Below, in pieces: positions 12,592 through 25,311 of a stretch of DNA of 64,000 nt. The stretch spans positions 10,354,001 to 10,418,000 of the forward strand of contig NC_082712.1 in assembly GCF_030144855.1 (NCBI RefSeq), read 5' to 3'. Positions within the stretch are counted from its first letter, which is position 1, and each line of letters opens with the position of its first letter. A program made the translations under genes and the position numbers. This DNA comes from Hypanus sabinus (Eukaryota). The notes beneath the pieces are model-generated. The model searched no databases and had not been told where the DNA came from. It saw only the letters and a list, made by a program, of their open reading frames with translations.

Positions 12592-13959
12592 AAAAACATC
12601 AATAAATATACCTTTTCTGAAGTAAATTGTGCTAAGTTATTGCTGCAGACAGTGAAGTGGTGAGCGGTGGCCAGGCAAGTTTGAGGGAGGAGCTGAGTTG
12701 CTGTGTGTTGCAGATGGAGTTCCAATGCCTGTGCAGCTGACCTGAGTGTGAGGTTGGATCACCCTGGGTGCTAAGAGGAGAAGTTGGAGCCCAGGCAGAG
12801 GAGCTCGGGTGGTCATACAACTATCACGCCTGCAAGGTTGGATCTCTCTGGGCACCAAAAGGAGAAGTCAGGGCCCAGCAGAAGAGATTTGTTCCCCCTA
12901 CCACTGGCCCAGCTGCAAGGTCCGATCGCTCCGGGCACTGATCTGATTTGAAGAACTTGAGAGTGACTTCAGGCTGGGTGACAGAACCGGGACCTGGAGC
13001 AAGACACTGGGTGGCATGGTCTAGGCCCAGAGCCTTTTGCTGAAATAATGTCCAGGTCCTAGACGAGAGCCAATTTTGCTCGCTCTCTGCAATGGTCATC
13101 TCCGTGGTGCTGAGGCTATCAAGACTGCCCCGATGCTGTGCTCCGTGCCCGCTAATATGATGAACTGATAAGCAAGGCTTTGGGCCTGCTCTCGGCTGCT
13201 CCAAGGTTCAGATCTGAGGGCTCAATTTCGGTTCGGAATGCTGTTGTTCGCTTCAATTGTTTGCATGATTTGTATTATTCCTCTTTCTTTTGCATACCAA
13301 ATATTGGTCTTTTATTTTTATTTTCATTCTCTTTTTATTTAATTTGGTTCTTTCAGGTTTCTTGATTTGTGGCTACCTGTGAGCAAGCAAATCTCAAGGT
13401 TGTATAATTTACACATTCTTTGAGAATAAATGTTCTTGAATCTGGAATCCTTGCTGTTCCTGTGATACACTGAGCCAGTTCATGCTCTCAGCTGACAGAG
13501 CGGGCATGGTGCCAGGATGCCTGGTGACATACAGGAACACAGTGCTTACTCTTTCTGGGAAACACTAAATCCCAAGTTCCAGGATTCCCTCTAAACTTAG
13601 CAGAAAGCTGGTTCCTTCATTCCATTCAAATTCAATGGAGGCAATTTCCCATGTTCCTTGAAACTGAACGGATTAACTGAAAGTGTTGTAATGTTGTTAA
13701 GATGTGTTGGTGCATTAACAGGAAGGGCAGTAGAAAGTCAGTGACACAGAGGTTATGCAGATTATAGAAATACAAAGTAATGCACACAAAATGCTGGAGG
13801 AACTCACTGGGTCAGTCAGCATCTTTGGAAATTAATAAACAGTTGATATTTCAGGCCGAGACCCTTCATTAGGGTCTCATCCCTTCATCTAAAACATCTC
13901 GGCCTAAAACGCCGACAGTTTATTCACCACCATAAATGCTGCCTGACTTTCATAGCTCC

Positions 13960-14540
13960 TTTGTGGCACCCAGAAAGAGTAGGTTTTCCCAGTGGCCAGC
14001 CAATTTAATTCCAGTCTCCATTCCCATTCTGACAGATCAGTCCGTGGCCTCCTCTACTGCCACGATGAGGCCACTCTCAGGTTGAAGAAGGATCACCTTA
14101 TATTCTGTATGCTAGCCTCCAACCTGATGGCATAAACCTCCAGGAATTTGTCCAACTTCCAGGAAGTTTACCCTTTGCCCTTCCCTAATTCCCCACTATG
14201 CCCCTACTTCTTCTCTTCCCCTCACCTCCTGCTGGTGCCACTCCTCTTACCCTTTCTCTCATAGTCCACTCTCCTCACCTATCAGATTCCTTCCTCTCCA
14301 GCCCTTTACCTTTGCCACCTCTCACATCCCTGCTTCTCACTTCATCCCCCTCACACACTCAGCTGCCTTCACATCTCACATTCAGGTTTGTACACCTTCC
14401 CTGCCCCCCAACTTCTTATTCAGACTACTTCCCCCTTCCTCTCCAGTCCTGAAGAAAGTTCTCAGACTGAAACACTGACTTCCTTACCACAGCTGCTGAG
14501 TTCCTCCAGCATTCTGTGTGTGTTGCTTTTGATTTTCATC
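13960..14540 (+). mobile_element. Penelope-like element, degenerate 3' fragment
   Basis: Decayed GIY-YIG C-terminal sequence (matches 52530-52700), pyrimidine-rich UTR, hammerhead-like core at 14449-14472. Confidence 0.75.
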
Positions 14541-14604
14541 ATCTTCTGAATCTCGTATTTCTGATTTGCTCAGTTCCCAGAACCTTCTGTGTGTGTTGCT
14601 CAAG

Positions 14605-15925
14605 AATATAGAATATAGAAATCTATAGCACAATACAGGCCCTTTGGCCCACAATATTATGCTGATCATGTAATCTACTCTAGAAACTGTCTAAAATTTT
14701 CCTGCCACATAACCTATTTTTCTAAGATCCATGTAACTATTTAAAAGGCTCTTAAAAAAAAACCCTTTGTATCCGCCTCTACCACCATTGCCAGCAGTGC
14801 ACTCCACACACCCACCATTCTCTGTGTGAAAAAACTTACCCAACATCCCCTCAGTACCTATTTCCAAGCACCTTAAAACTGTGCCTCCTCGTGTTAGTCA
14901 TTCCAACCCTTGGAAAAAGCCTCTGGTTATCCATTCAATCAGTGCCCCTCATCATCTTATACACCTCTATCAGGTCACCCCTCATCCTCCGTCACTTTGA
15001 GGAGGAAAGGTCAAGTTCATTCAAGGTACACCCTCCAATCTAGGCAACATACTTGTAAATCTCCTCTGCACTCTCTCTATAGTATCCACATCCTTCCTGT
15101 AGTGAGGTGACCAGAACTGAACACAGTACTCCAAATGGGTCTAACCAAGGTCTAATAAAGCTGTAACATTAACTCATGGCTCTTGAACCCAATCCCGCAG
15201 TTGATGAAGGCAACATTGTCAACGTGTGCAGCTGCTTTGAGTGTCCTATAGACATGGACCCCAAGATCTTTCTGATCCTCAACACTGCCAAGAGTCTTAC
15301 CATTAACATTATATTCTATCTTCATATTTAATCTACTGAAATGAACACTTCCACACTTACCTGGGTTGAAGACTGTCTGACACTTCTCAGCCCAGTTCTG
15401 CATCCTGTTGATGTCCCACTGCAACCACTGACAACCATCCAGATTATCCACAACGCCCCCAACCTTTGTGTCATCAGCAAACTTTCTAACCCACTCTTGT
15501 ACTTCCTCATCCAAGTCATTTATAAAAATCACAAACAGGAGGGGTCCCAGAACAGATCTCTGTGGAATTCCATGTGTCACCATCCTCCATGCAGAATACA
15601 AACCACCTACAATCACCCTTTGCCTTCTGTGAACAAGCCAATTCTACATCCACAAAGGAAGGTCTCCTTGATCCCATGCCTCCTTATTTTCTAAATGAGA
15701 CTTGAATGGGGAGCCTTATCAAATGCTTTACTGAAATCCATATACACTACATCCACTGCTCTACCTTCATCAATGTGTTTAGTCACATCCTCAAAAAATT
15801 CATTCAGACTTGGAAGGCATGACCTGCTGTTGACAAAGCCATGCTGACTATCTCTAATCAGATTATGTCTCTCAAAATGCTCATAAATCCTGCCTCTCAG
15901 GATCTTCAACAACTTGCCCACCACT
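14605..15925 (-). mobile_element. CR1 RT/3' fragment
   Basis: ORFs 15691-15924 (DSQHGF..DVVYMDFSKAFDK) and 15152-15616 (KFADDTK). Confidence 0.88.
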
Positions 15926-15929
15926 GAAG

Positions 15930-16506
15930 TAAACTGGAGGGGCAGGTAGAGGAAACAGTTAGGATGCAGGAGGACTTAGACACATTAGGAGAATGGGCAA
16001 GAAGGTGGCAAATTAAATACAACATTGGAAAATCCATGGTCACGCACTTCAAGAGTAGAATTTGATGGCTTTGGGCCTGCACTCACTGAAATTCAGAAGG
16101 TGTCGGTGGGGGGGACGACTTCATTGAAACCTTTCAAATGTTGAAAGGCCTAGACAGAGTAGATGTGGAAAGAATATTTCCCATGGTGGGAGAGTCTAGG
16201 ACATGAGGGCACAGCCTCAGGATAGAGGGGTGCCCTTTCAAAACAGAGATGTGAAGAAATTTATTTAGCCAAAGGGTGGAATTTGTGGAATTTGTTACCA
16301 CAGGCACCTGTAGAGGCCAAGTCATCGGGTGTATTTAAGGCAGAGAATGATAGGTTCTTGATTGGACATAGCATCAAAGGTTACGGGAAGAAGGCTGGGA
16401 ACTGGGACTGAGGAGGAAATAGAAAAAAGGATCAGCCATGGTTGAATGGCGGGGTAGACTTGATGGGTCAGATGGCCTAATTCTGCTCCTACATCTTATG
16501 GTCTTA
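15930..16506 (+). mobile_element. CR1 3' fragment
   Basis: Matches the 3' part of 280-3963, with CTTATGGTCTTATG tail. Confidence 0.82.
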
Positions 16507-16852
16507 TGTGTGAAATATCCAATATCAACACCGTAAGCCTGCAATTACTCCACCATTGGCATACAGTGGCTTCAGTGTTATCACCTACAAGATGCACTGC
16601 AATTAATCACCAAGGGCACTCAATTACTCCTCCCAGACCCACCACCAACTCTCCCATCAGTAGGGATCAGGGCAGTGGCTGGCAATATCCTGATCCTGAC
16701 AAAAATTGTACACATTGAAAGAAAATGATAGCACAGGATAAGCACGATGGGCTGAGTGGTCTCCCACACTCTGACTTTATGAAACATTGTATTTCACATT
16801 ATCACTAAACATGAGTCAATGTCCACATGATTATCTGTAGCATGGTCCTTGG

Positions 16853-16949
16853 TCAATCAATTACTTTGATACACTCAGCAAAACACAGAGCGTCATATTG
16901 ACAGAGGTAAGAAGGACAAATACTGGGGATCCTCGCAGGGGCTGAAGAG
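16853..16949 (-). CDS. Candidate terminal exon C (Tyr-motif tail)
   Basis: Acceptor ..ggttaattcAG. The phase-2 frame gives SSSAPARIPSICPSYLCQYDALCFAECIKVID*, containing YDAL. Exons 1-4 plus this exon total 999 nt (332 aa + stop). Frame and usage are not verifiable from DNA alone. Confidence 0.3.
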
Positions 16950-17627
16950 CTGAATTAACCAGAGCCAAGGGGCAAAAGTTAATCCTGTGTATGTATACTT
17001 TGGCAATAATATATTCTTCTGCCTTCACTACTGTGCTTGTGTCCACCTTCAGGTTTTTTCTCAATCATTCCTCCCACACTCCATCAGCTCTCGTACTCCT
17101 TCCTACACCCCTTCCACCCTCTGCCCCTCTTCCCTCCACTCTCACCTCCCTTTCTCTTTGCTACTTTACACCCACCCCGCGTGAAATAAATGTGCCCAAA
17201 TTTCTGTCCCTGGGTTTTTATGAAGATCCTTATTGGAGGAGAATACACACTCATTTACTGGGAATGCTGGTATGGAGCATCAGACATGCAGAGTAGCTCT
17301 TTAACAAGATGGAATTTGCATGTTGGACCAGCCACCACCATTTTTACAGCTATTTTTTTACAGCTGTGTGGATCAACCATTGCTCTGAGCAGGAAATATC
17401 TTCCTTGCCTCGAAACTGCATAGAACTTATTTTTGTAATATGTATACTATGTATATTTAGAATGAAAATTGAAAAATCAAATTCTTTTTAATTTTATTTA
17501 TTAATTGAAGAGTATAATGAATATAGCACAACAATGAAAATATTTCACATTTCATAAACTTTTAAACTTAGACAATGTCGACATTCAGAAGGCTGATAGC
17601 TTATTAACAATGAGATACAGACTTCCA

Positions 17628-17665
17628 TTGTCCTGATGAAGGGTCTTGACCCGAAATGTCAACTG
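17628..17665 (+). ncRNA. Minimal hammerhead motif (Penelope terminal repeat), partly decayed
   Basis: CTGATGA (17633-17639) A GGGT-CTTG-ACCC GAAA (17653-17656) TGTC; followed by the Penelope tail seen at 53050-53115. Confidence 0.6.
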
Positions 17666-18069
17666 TGCTTCTTCCTATAGACGCTGTCTGGCCTGCAAAG
17701 TTCCACTAGCATTTTGTGTGTGTTGCTTGAATTTCCAGCATCTGCAGATTTCCTCATGTTTGCTTCCATTCGGTGTTTATTTTTACAATTTGTAACAGTA
17801 TTGTGACTTGAAACACTGACAATGTAAATATGTTTCAAAGTAAAGGTTGTGGTACATTTATTATTTAGAAAATTTATAGATTATAGTTACTAACATAATT
17901 AATTACACATTTGTATTAACAGGGATTTTAAAATTATATTAACATAATGTAAAAGAAAATTCCAGCAATGTGGCAACAAAGGCTAATGTACACGGGAACA
18001 TTTAAGTCACGGCACAGCCGCACACCCATGCACCTTGGAGGGAATGGCAACAAATGATCGCTGCTCAGA

Positions 18070-18177
18070 TCAGCAAAAGCATTCAGTCGCAGAGAGGTTG
18101 GGGCAGGAGAGGTTCCTGCGTGTGAAGGGAAAAAATTAGGTTCTCGGTCTCCAACAATGGATTAGTCTGGATCATCT
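18070..18177 (-). CDS. Candidate terminal exon A/B (short cytoplasmic tail)
   Basis: Two pyrimidine-rich acceptors. Exon start 18177 gives RDDPD* (stop 18162-18164); exon start 18115, with a CTAAT branch point, gives RNLSCPNLSATECFC* (stop 18070-18072). AT-rich sequence follows with minus-strand AATAAA at 17856-17861, 17776-17781 and 17493-17498. Confidence 0.4.
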
Positions 18178-18469
18178 CTGTGGATAAAATAAGAACCATT
18201 AAAAACAGTTTCAGTAATTGTATGAGGAAGACACGTTTCCCATTTATTGACATTTTAGAAATATTCCTCCCCTCCACCATCGGATTTCTGAATCCATGAA
18301 CAGTAACTCACTGTCTACTCTCTTTTTGGACTGCCCATTTATTTTCTTTTCCTCTATCTCTTATTGTAACTTTTAGTATTTTTAATGTATTGCATGGTAC
18401 TGCTGCCACAATACAATAAATTTCACATGTCAGTGATAAACCAGATTTTGACTCTGATTCACAGAATTA

Positions 18470-18990
18470 CAGAACAGTTCTAGTATAGAAGGATGGTCTA
18501 AGCACTCTATAGTTTGTCCACCCTGCCTCTCCTCACACATTCTCTATTTCCAACCCAGGGACATTTCTTATTGAATGTAGGCCAGTATATCACAGAAACC
18601 AGCTTCCCCTCCATGGATTCTGTCGACACTTCCCACTGCCTCAGGAAAACATCCAACATAATCAGAGACCCGTCCCACCACAACTGTTCTCCTTTCTCTC
18701 CCCTTCTTTCAGGCCAAAAGACTCAAGAGCCTGAAAGCACATGCCAGCATCTCAGGAACAGCTTCTGCCCCACTGTAGACTCTTGAACTGACCTCCTCTA
18801 TGATCATCTTATGATCTCTCAATCCAGCACATCGTGGTCCTGTCACTGTCTAGCTGCACTGCACTTTCTCTGTAACTGTGACACAATGTTCTACATTCTT
18901 TTATTTAATAGCACTACCTCGATGTACTTGTGTGTGGAGTGAGCTCTCTGGATAGCACACAAGCAAAAGTTTTCACTGTATCTTGGTACA
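18470..18990 (+). mobile_element. Rex1/Babar 3' fragment
   Basis: ORF 18514-18786 (CLRKTSNIIRDPSH..LRNSFCP) resembles the Rex1 C-terminus at 39530-40226. Confidence 0.65.
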
Positions 18991-19259
18991 TCTGACAATA
19001 GTGTATCTATTACTCACTTTCAAGTACACTACAACTCCTGTCCTCGGTATGATGTACTTACTTATTCATTATCATTATTTCATTGCTTTTTTTGTATTTG
19101 CACAGTTTGTCTTCTTTTGCACATTGGCTGTTTGTAGTTTTTAATTGTTCCCATTTAATTTGTTTGTTCTACTGTGAATATCTATTGTAATTTTATTGTG
19201 TTTTTCTATCTCTTGTGAATGCCCACAAGAAAATACATCTCTGCATAGCATAAGGCAAT

Positions 19260-19640
19260 ATAGTTGTTTGTTCGTTCATTATGTGCCATGTTGTATGACA
19301 TGGGTAATCTTAGTCTTTCCGTGACCGTGAGTGTCCTTGGCAAATTTTTCTACAGAACTGGTTTTCCATTGCCTTCTTCTGGGCAGTGTCTTTACAAGAC
19401 GGGTGAGCCCAGCCATTATCAATACTCTTCAGAGATTGTCTGCCTGGTTTCAGTGGTCACATACCCAGGTCTTGTGATATGCACCAGCTGCTCATACGAC
19501 CATCCACCACCTGCGCCCATGGTTTCACATGACCCTGAGTGGGGGGTAAGTAGGTGCTACCTTATCCAAAGATGACCTGCAGGCTAGCAGAGAGCAGAAG
19601 CACCTTACAAATCCTTTGGTAGAGATGTATCTCCACACAG
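19260..19640 (-). mobile_element. SINE-like repeat with RTE/BovB-type tail (copy 1)
   Basis: Aligns over its length with 44755-45140; tail GAAGAAGGCAATGGAAAACCA..GCCAAG..(GAAC)n. Confidence 0.7.
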
Positions 19641-20109
19641 CTACTCAAAAAGTAACATATACATTCTTCGATAATAAATTTACTTTGAACTTTGAGTACA
19701 TCAGTGCCCTTGACCTTAATGGGTTTGAGAGATGCTGCCAAAGGCATAGGTTATTTATCAGTCTTTGTGTGCAGTATTTCTAGGAATATGGTGTATTTCT
19801 GTGTTCTGCTGCAAATGCTTAATTCAGAATAGTACATAGTGACATAAATGTACTTTGATAATAAATGCCTTAGAACTTCATTACTAATAACGGAGACACA
19901 ATAGAGTCTGTAGATGCTGGAAATCTTGAGCAACACTCACACAATACTGGAAGAACCCAGCAGGTCAGGCTGCATCAATAGAGGGAAATGAACAGTTTCG
20001 GGCCAAGACCCTTCATCTGGACTGGAAAGGAAGGGTGCAAAAGCCAGAATAAAAAAGTAGGGAAAGGGAAGGAACCTAAGCTAGCAGATAATAGATGAGT
20101 TCAATTAGA

Positions 20110-21700
20110 GTCCTGGAAAAGAACAGCACAGAAACATGCTCTTTGTCTATCTAGTCAGTGCTGAACCATTTAAACTGTCTGGTCCCATCAACCTGCAGCA
20201 GGACCATGGCCCCCCGTATCACTACCATCCATCTACCTATCCAAACTTCACTTAAAAGTTGAAATCAAACTTGCATGCAGCACTTGTGCAAGCAACTCAT
20301 ACTCACAATCCTCTGAGTGAAGAAGTTTCCCCTTGTGTTCCTCTTAAATTTTTCGCTTTTCACCCTTAACGCTTGGCCTCTAGTTGTAGTCCTACCCAAC
20401 CTCAGTGAAGAAAGCTTGCTTGCATCTACCCTATCTATATCCCTCATAATTATGTACATCTCTATCAAATCTCCTCTCATCTTCCTGTGTTCCAAGGAAT
20501 AAAGTCCTAACTTAGTCAACTTTTCCATATAGCTCATCTCTTTAGCCAGAGGTAACTTGAGGCAACATCCCTGTAAATTTTCTCTGTACTCTTTCAACCT
20601 TATTTACCATAAGACCAAAAGATATAGGAACAGAATTAGGCCATTTTGCCCATTGGGTCTGCTTCGCCATTTTATCATGGCTGATCCAATTTTCCTCTCA
20701 GCCCAACCCCAATCTCTTGTCTTCCCCAGCATCTCCTAATTCCCTGACCAATCAAAAATCTATCAACCTCTTCCTTAAAGATACATATAGACTTGGCCTC
20801 CAAAGAATTCCACAGATTCACCACTCTCTAATTAAAGAAATTCTTCCTCATCTCCGTTCTGGAAGGACTTCCCTCTATCGTGAGTCTATGTCTTCTGGTC
20901 TTAGACTCTCCTACCTTCGGAAACAACCTCTCCATATCCACTCTATCAAGACCTTTTGCCATTCAATAGGTCTCAATTAGGTCACTGCTCATTCTTCTGA
21001 ATTCTAGTGAATAAAGGCCCAGAGCCATCAATAACTCTTCATATGACAAGCCATTCAATCCTGGAATCATTTTTGTAAACCTCCTTTGAATCCTCAACAG
21101 TTTCAGCACATCATTTCTAAGATAAGGAGCACAAAACTGCTGACATTACTCCATGAGGCCTCACCAGTGCTTTATAAAGTTTCAACAATGCATCCTTGCT
21201 TTTATATTCTAATCTTCTTGAAATGAATGCTAACATTGCATTTGCCTTCCTCATCACAGACTCAACTGGCAAATTAACCTTTAGGGAATCCCACACAATG
21301 ACTCCCATCCCTTTGCACATCAGTTTTCTGTATTTTTTCTCCATTTAGAGATTAGTCAACCCTTTCATTTCTTCTAGCAAAGTACATAACCATACACTTC
21401 CCAACACTGTATTCCATCTGCCATTTCTTTGTCCATTCTCATAATCTGTCTGTCCTTCTGTAGTCCCTCTACTTCCACAAATTGACCTGCCTCTCCACCT
21501 ATCTTTGTATTATCTCCAAACTTTGCAACAAAGCCATCAATTCCATCATTGACATATAATGTAAAAAGGATCAGTCCTAACACAGATCCCTGTCAAATAC
21601 CACTAGTCACCAGCAGCCAACCAGAAAAGGCTCCCTTTATTCCCATTCTTTGCCTCCTGCCAATCAGCCACTGTTTTATCCATAGTCAAGTCTTTCCTAC
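20110..21700 (-). mobile_element. Two adjacent CR1 3' fragments
   Basis: ORFs 21374-21583, 21117-21344 and 20265-20597 are CR1 RT/C-terminal pieces. Confidence 0.82.
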
Positions 21701-22589
21701 TCCAAATTAGGCCTCACCAACTTATGCAATTACTTATTCCAGTTACTAATAACTGCAGGTTCAGAGGGGAGTAAGGTAGAAGGTGTGAAAGGACTGGATG
21801 AGCCAAGGCAGTTACACTATATTGCTAATTAGCAATGGATAGATCAATGACAGAAGGTAAGAGGCAGGAGTGAAGGGTGCACTGAGAATTTAAGGATGGG
21901 AGAAAGAGTCTGTGTGTTCCTTAGGCTGGAGGATAGTGAATAGTGATGTTCTTGAGGCATTGAGCTGGGTCCAATTTTATTTTGAGCTCCTAGACACATA
22001 GACACTTCTAAATTTGCAAATGACACAAAGCTTGCAAAGCAGCAAGGACAGCAATAGGAGGTGAAGAGACATGGATTGGGTGTTGGAGAGGAGGGCAAGT
22101 GGTAGGTCTAAAAAAGTGATAACCTGGGAATGGATTATAAAGAGAGACCACACAGACTTTGGCAGTGGGCCTGTGGCATTCAGGTCATTGAAAATACTGG
22201 TTATGGCAGGAGAATCTATGCAAGTAGATGGGATAGTAAAGAAGCCTATAAGGTATGGGACAGAATCAGGCCATTCAGACCATTGAATCTGCTCCATTAT
22301 GGCTGATTTACTATCCTTCTCAGTCCCATTTTCCCATCTTCTCCTTGTAAACTTTGGCACCCTGACTAATCAAGAACCTATCAACTTCACTTTAAATATA
22401 TCCAATGACTTGGCCTCCACTGCTGACTGGCAAAGAACTTCACAGATTCATTACTCTCTGGCTAAAGAGATTCTTCCTCAATGCCTGCATTTGTTGGTCT
22501 AGACATTGAGTATAAGATTCAAGAAGTCATATTGCAGCCATGTAAAACTTTGACTTGGTTGCCCTGAGTACTATATACAACTGGAGTAT

Positions 22590-22880
22590 TGGGGTGACAT
22601 GGTGATGTAGTGGTTCGTGCAATCACTTTACAGCAAATGATCCCCGCTGTCTGTATGTTCTCCCTGTGACCACATGGGTTTCCTCCCGGTGTTCAGTTTG
22701 CTTCCCAATCCTCCCTTCATTCCAAAAACATGCATTGAGGGTTGGTAGTTGTGGGCACACTATGTTGGCACTGGAAGCTTGGGACCTCTGCTGGCTGCCC
22801 CCAGCACCAACCTCGCTGATTGGATTTGGTGCAAGTGATGCATTTCACTGTCTGTTTCAATGTACATGTGACAAATAAAT
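22590..22880 (+). mobile_element. V-SINE-like tRNA-derived SINE, degenerate
   Basis: Core GTTCTCCCTGTGACCACATGGGTTTCCTCCCGGTG; tail GCATTTCACTG..GTGACAAATAAA. Confidence 0.65.
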
Positions 22881-22884
22881 TCTG

Positions 22885-23420
22885 GGCTGTACCTCCTGTG
22901 CCTAATAAAGTGGCCACTGAGTATAAATTTGTGGTCTTCTTCTGGTGTCATCCATCCACTTCAAGGTTCAACGTGTTGTGTGTTCAGAGATGCTCTTCTG
23001 TTCACCACTGTTGTAACATGTGGTTATTTAAGTTAATCTCACCTCCAGCCAGTCGGGCCATTCTCCTCTGACATCTCTCAAAAACAAGGTGTTTTCACCC
23101 ACAGAACTGCTGCTCACTAGATGTTTTTTGATTGTTGCACTATTCTCTGTAAATTCTACAGTCTGTTGTCTGGGAAAATCCCAGGAGATCAGCAGTTTTT
23201 GAGATAATCAAATCACCCTGTCGTGCAACAACCATCATTCCACAGTCAAAGTCACATAGATCAAATTTCTTCCCCATTCTGATGTTTGGCCTTAACAATA
23301 TCTGAACCTCTTGACCATGTCTGCATGCTTTTGTGCATTTCATTGCTGCCACATGATTGGCTGATTAGATATTTGTATTAATGAACAGGTGTCCCTGATA
23401 AAGTGGCTACTGAGTGTGTA
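22885..23420 (-). mobile_element. Tc1/mariner non-autonomous derivative
   Basis: MGKKFDLCDFDCGMMVVARQGDLIISKTADLLGFSQTT resembles a Tc1 N-terminal HTH; TIR-like CACTCAGT(G/A)GCCACTTTAT motif at about 23395-23418 and repeated at about 22902-22923. Confidence 0.75.
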
Positions 23421-23469
23421 AGTCACAATTCGGACATTTAAAGGCAAATCTCCCAGCAACTTGACATAC

Positions 23470-23569
23470 CTGAGTTTGATCTTGCATAAAATGATGCCCA
23501 TCACTAACAAGGTGAAAATTTTCATTTCAAGTGGGATACATAGCAGCACAATGGCGGATATCTGCTTGA
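23470..23569 (-). CDS. Exon 4, transmembrane segment with intramembrane Glu/Lys
   Basis: Strong acceptor ctcttccactttctcttcAG, donor CAG|GTATGT, 100 nt, phase 1 to 2: VKQISAIVLLCIPLEMKIFTLLVMGIILCKIKL. Hydrophobic span with a central K followed by basic stop-transfer residues. Confidence 0.85.
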
Positions 23570-23809
23570 CTGAAGAGAAAGTGGAAGAGGTCAAACTAGG
23601 TTCCAACAAAGGGGGAGAGAGCCCAATAATGTAGGAACATTTAATTCAACTCTGTGGGCAGACTGATGAGTGTGTAACTCAGATGCAAGTGACAATGGTC
23701 AGAGGGGAGATGAGCTCGGCAAAGGAGCAGTAAAGTGGAGAGAACCAAACAGGTTGGTCACAGGATTTCCCCTAAGACTGAGGCAGCAAGAGACCTTAAT
23801 AATGATTAG

Positions 23810-25270
23810 AATTTAGACCATAAGGCCAACCTGACATTCCATCATGGCTGATTTATTAACCCTCTCAATTCCATACTCCTGCCTTCGTCCCATAACCCTT
23901 GCCACCATGACTAATCAAGAGCTTGTTAATCTCCACTTTAAATTTCTGGTCTGTGGTAATGAATTCCACAGATTCACCACCCTCTGCCTAGAGAAACTCC
24001 TTCTCATCTCTGTTCTAAAGGGACATCCCTCTATTGTGAGGCTGTGCCCTCTGGTCCTAGATTCTCCCACTATAGGAAACATGCTCTCCACATCCATTCT
24101 GTCTAGGCCTTTCAATATTCTATAGGTTCCAGCAAGATTCCCCCCTCCCCCATCATTCTAAACTCCAGAGAGTACAGGCCAGTGGCCAGTTAGCCCTTTC
24201 ATTTCTGGGATCATTCTCATGAACCCCCCGGACCCTCTCCAAAGCCAGGACATCTTTTCTTAGTATGGGGCTCAAAACTGCTCACAATGGTCCAGTCTGA
24301 CCAAAGCCTCGTAAAGCCACATCATCCCATCCTTGCTTTTATATTCGAGTCCCCTCAAAATGAATGCTAACATTGCATTTGCCTTCCTTACCACTGACTC
24401 AACATGCAAGTTAACCTATAAGGAGTCCTGAATGAGGACTCCCAAATCCCTTTGTACCTCTGATATGCTGAACTCATTTTCATGTTCTTCCCACACCAAC
24501 CTAGATTCTATCAATCACCCCAACTAGGGGCATTTTACATAACATGACTTGCACGCCTCTGGGGTGTAAAAGGGTGTCAGAGAAACCCAGGCATTCACGG
24601 GGAGATAGTACAAACTCCACACAGCTGATGCTGGTGGTCAGATCCCCAGTGATTGGGGTTCACACCCACAGATAACTCCAAGTTGCTGTGCTCATTGATG
24701 GGGTGGTTCGGAAAGCGAATGGTGTGTTAGTCTTCATTCGTCCAGGGATTGAAATCAAGAACCACAGGACCCTACAAAACCCTATTTAGACCACACTTGG
24801 AGTGTTGTGTTCACTTCTGATCACTTCATTAGAGGAAGGACGTGGAAGCTCCAGAGAGGGTGCAGAGGAGATTTACTGGGACGCAGCCTGGACTAGAGAG
24901 CATGCCTCATGAGGATAGATTAAGCAAGCTCAGGCTTTTCTCTTTGGAGCAAGGGAGGTGAGGGCCGACTTGACAGAGGTGTACCAGATGATAAGATGAT
25001 AAGGGTTGAAATGACTAATATGTCGAAGCAGTTTTAAAGTGATTGGAGGTAGGTCTTTACACACAGAGTGGTGGGTGCTAGGAGCCCACCCACCAGGGGT
25101 GGTGGTAGAGGCAGGTACATTACGGACATTTAAGATACTCCTGGATAGGCAAATGAATGGATGGCAGAACGGAGGCAATGTGGGAGGGAAGAGTTAGATT
25201 GATCGGAGGGTAGGTTATAAGGTCAACATTGTGGGCTGAAGGGCCTGTGCTGTGCTGTACGGTCCAATGT
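23810..25270. mobile_element. CR1 3' fragments in opposite orientations (about 23810-24450 minus, 24690-25270 plus) in intron 3
   Basis: ORF 23915-24115 (GLDRMDVESMFP..GHSL) and matching plus-strand 3' sequence. Confidence 0.75.
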
Positions 25271-25311
25271 TGCATGCTCCCCTTCCTCCCTCACCCCCTG
25301 TGGTTTCTCAC

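Noticed and set aside
12640-13440. ORFs 12632-13204 as coding exons
   Set aside because: The segment ends in a Rex1-like tail and looks like an unclassified non-autonomous repeat; no splice structure or domain.
13548-13680. Exon-like segment on minus ending AGA|GTAAGC
   Set aside because: All frames from the plausible acceptors hit stops before the donor; no recognisable motif.
17146-17228. Possible small cytoplasmic exon (donor GAG|GTGAGA)
   Set aside because: The frame is open but the acceptor is mediocre and the peptide has no supporting feature.
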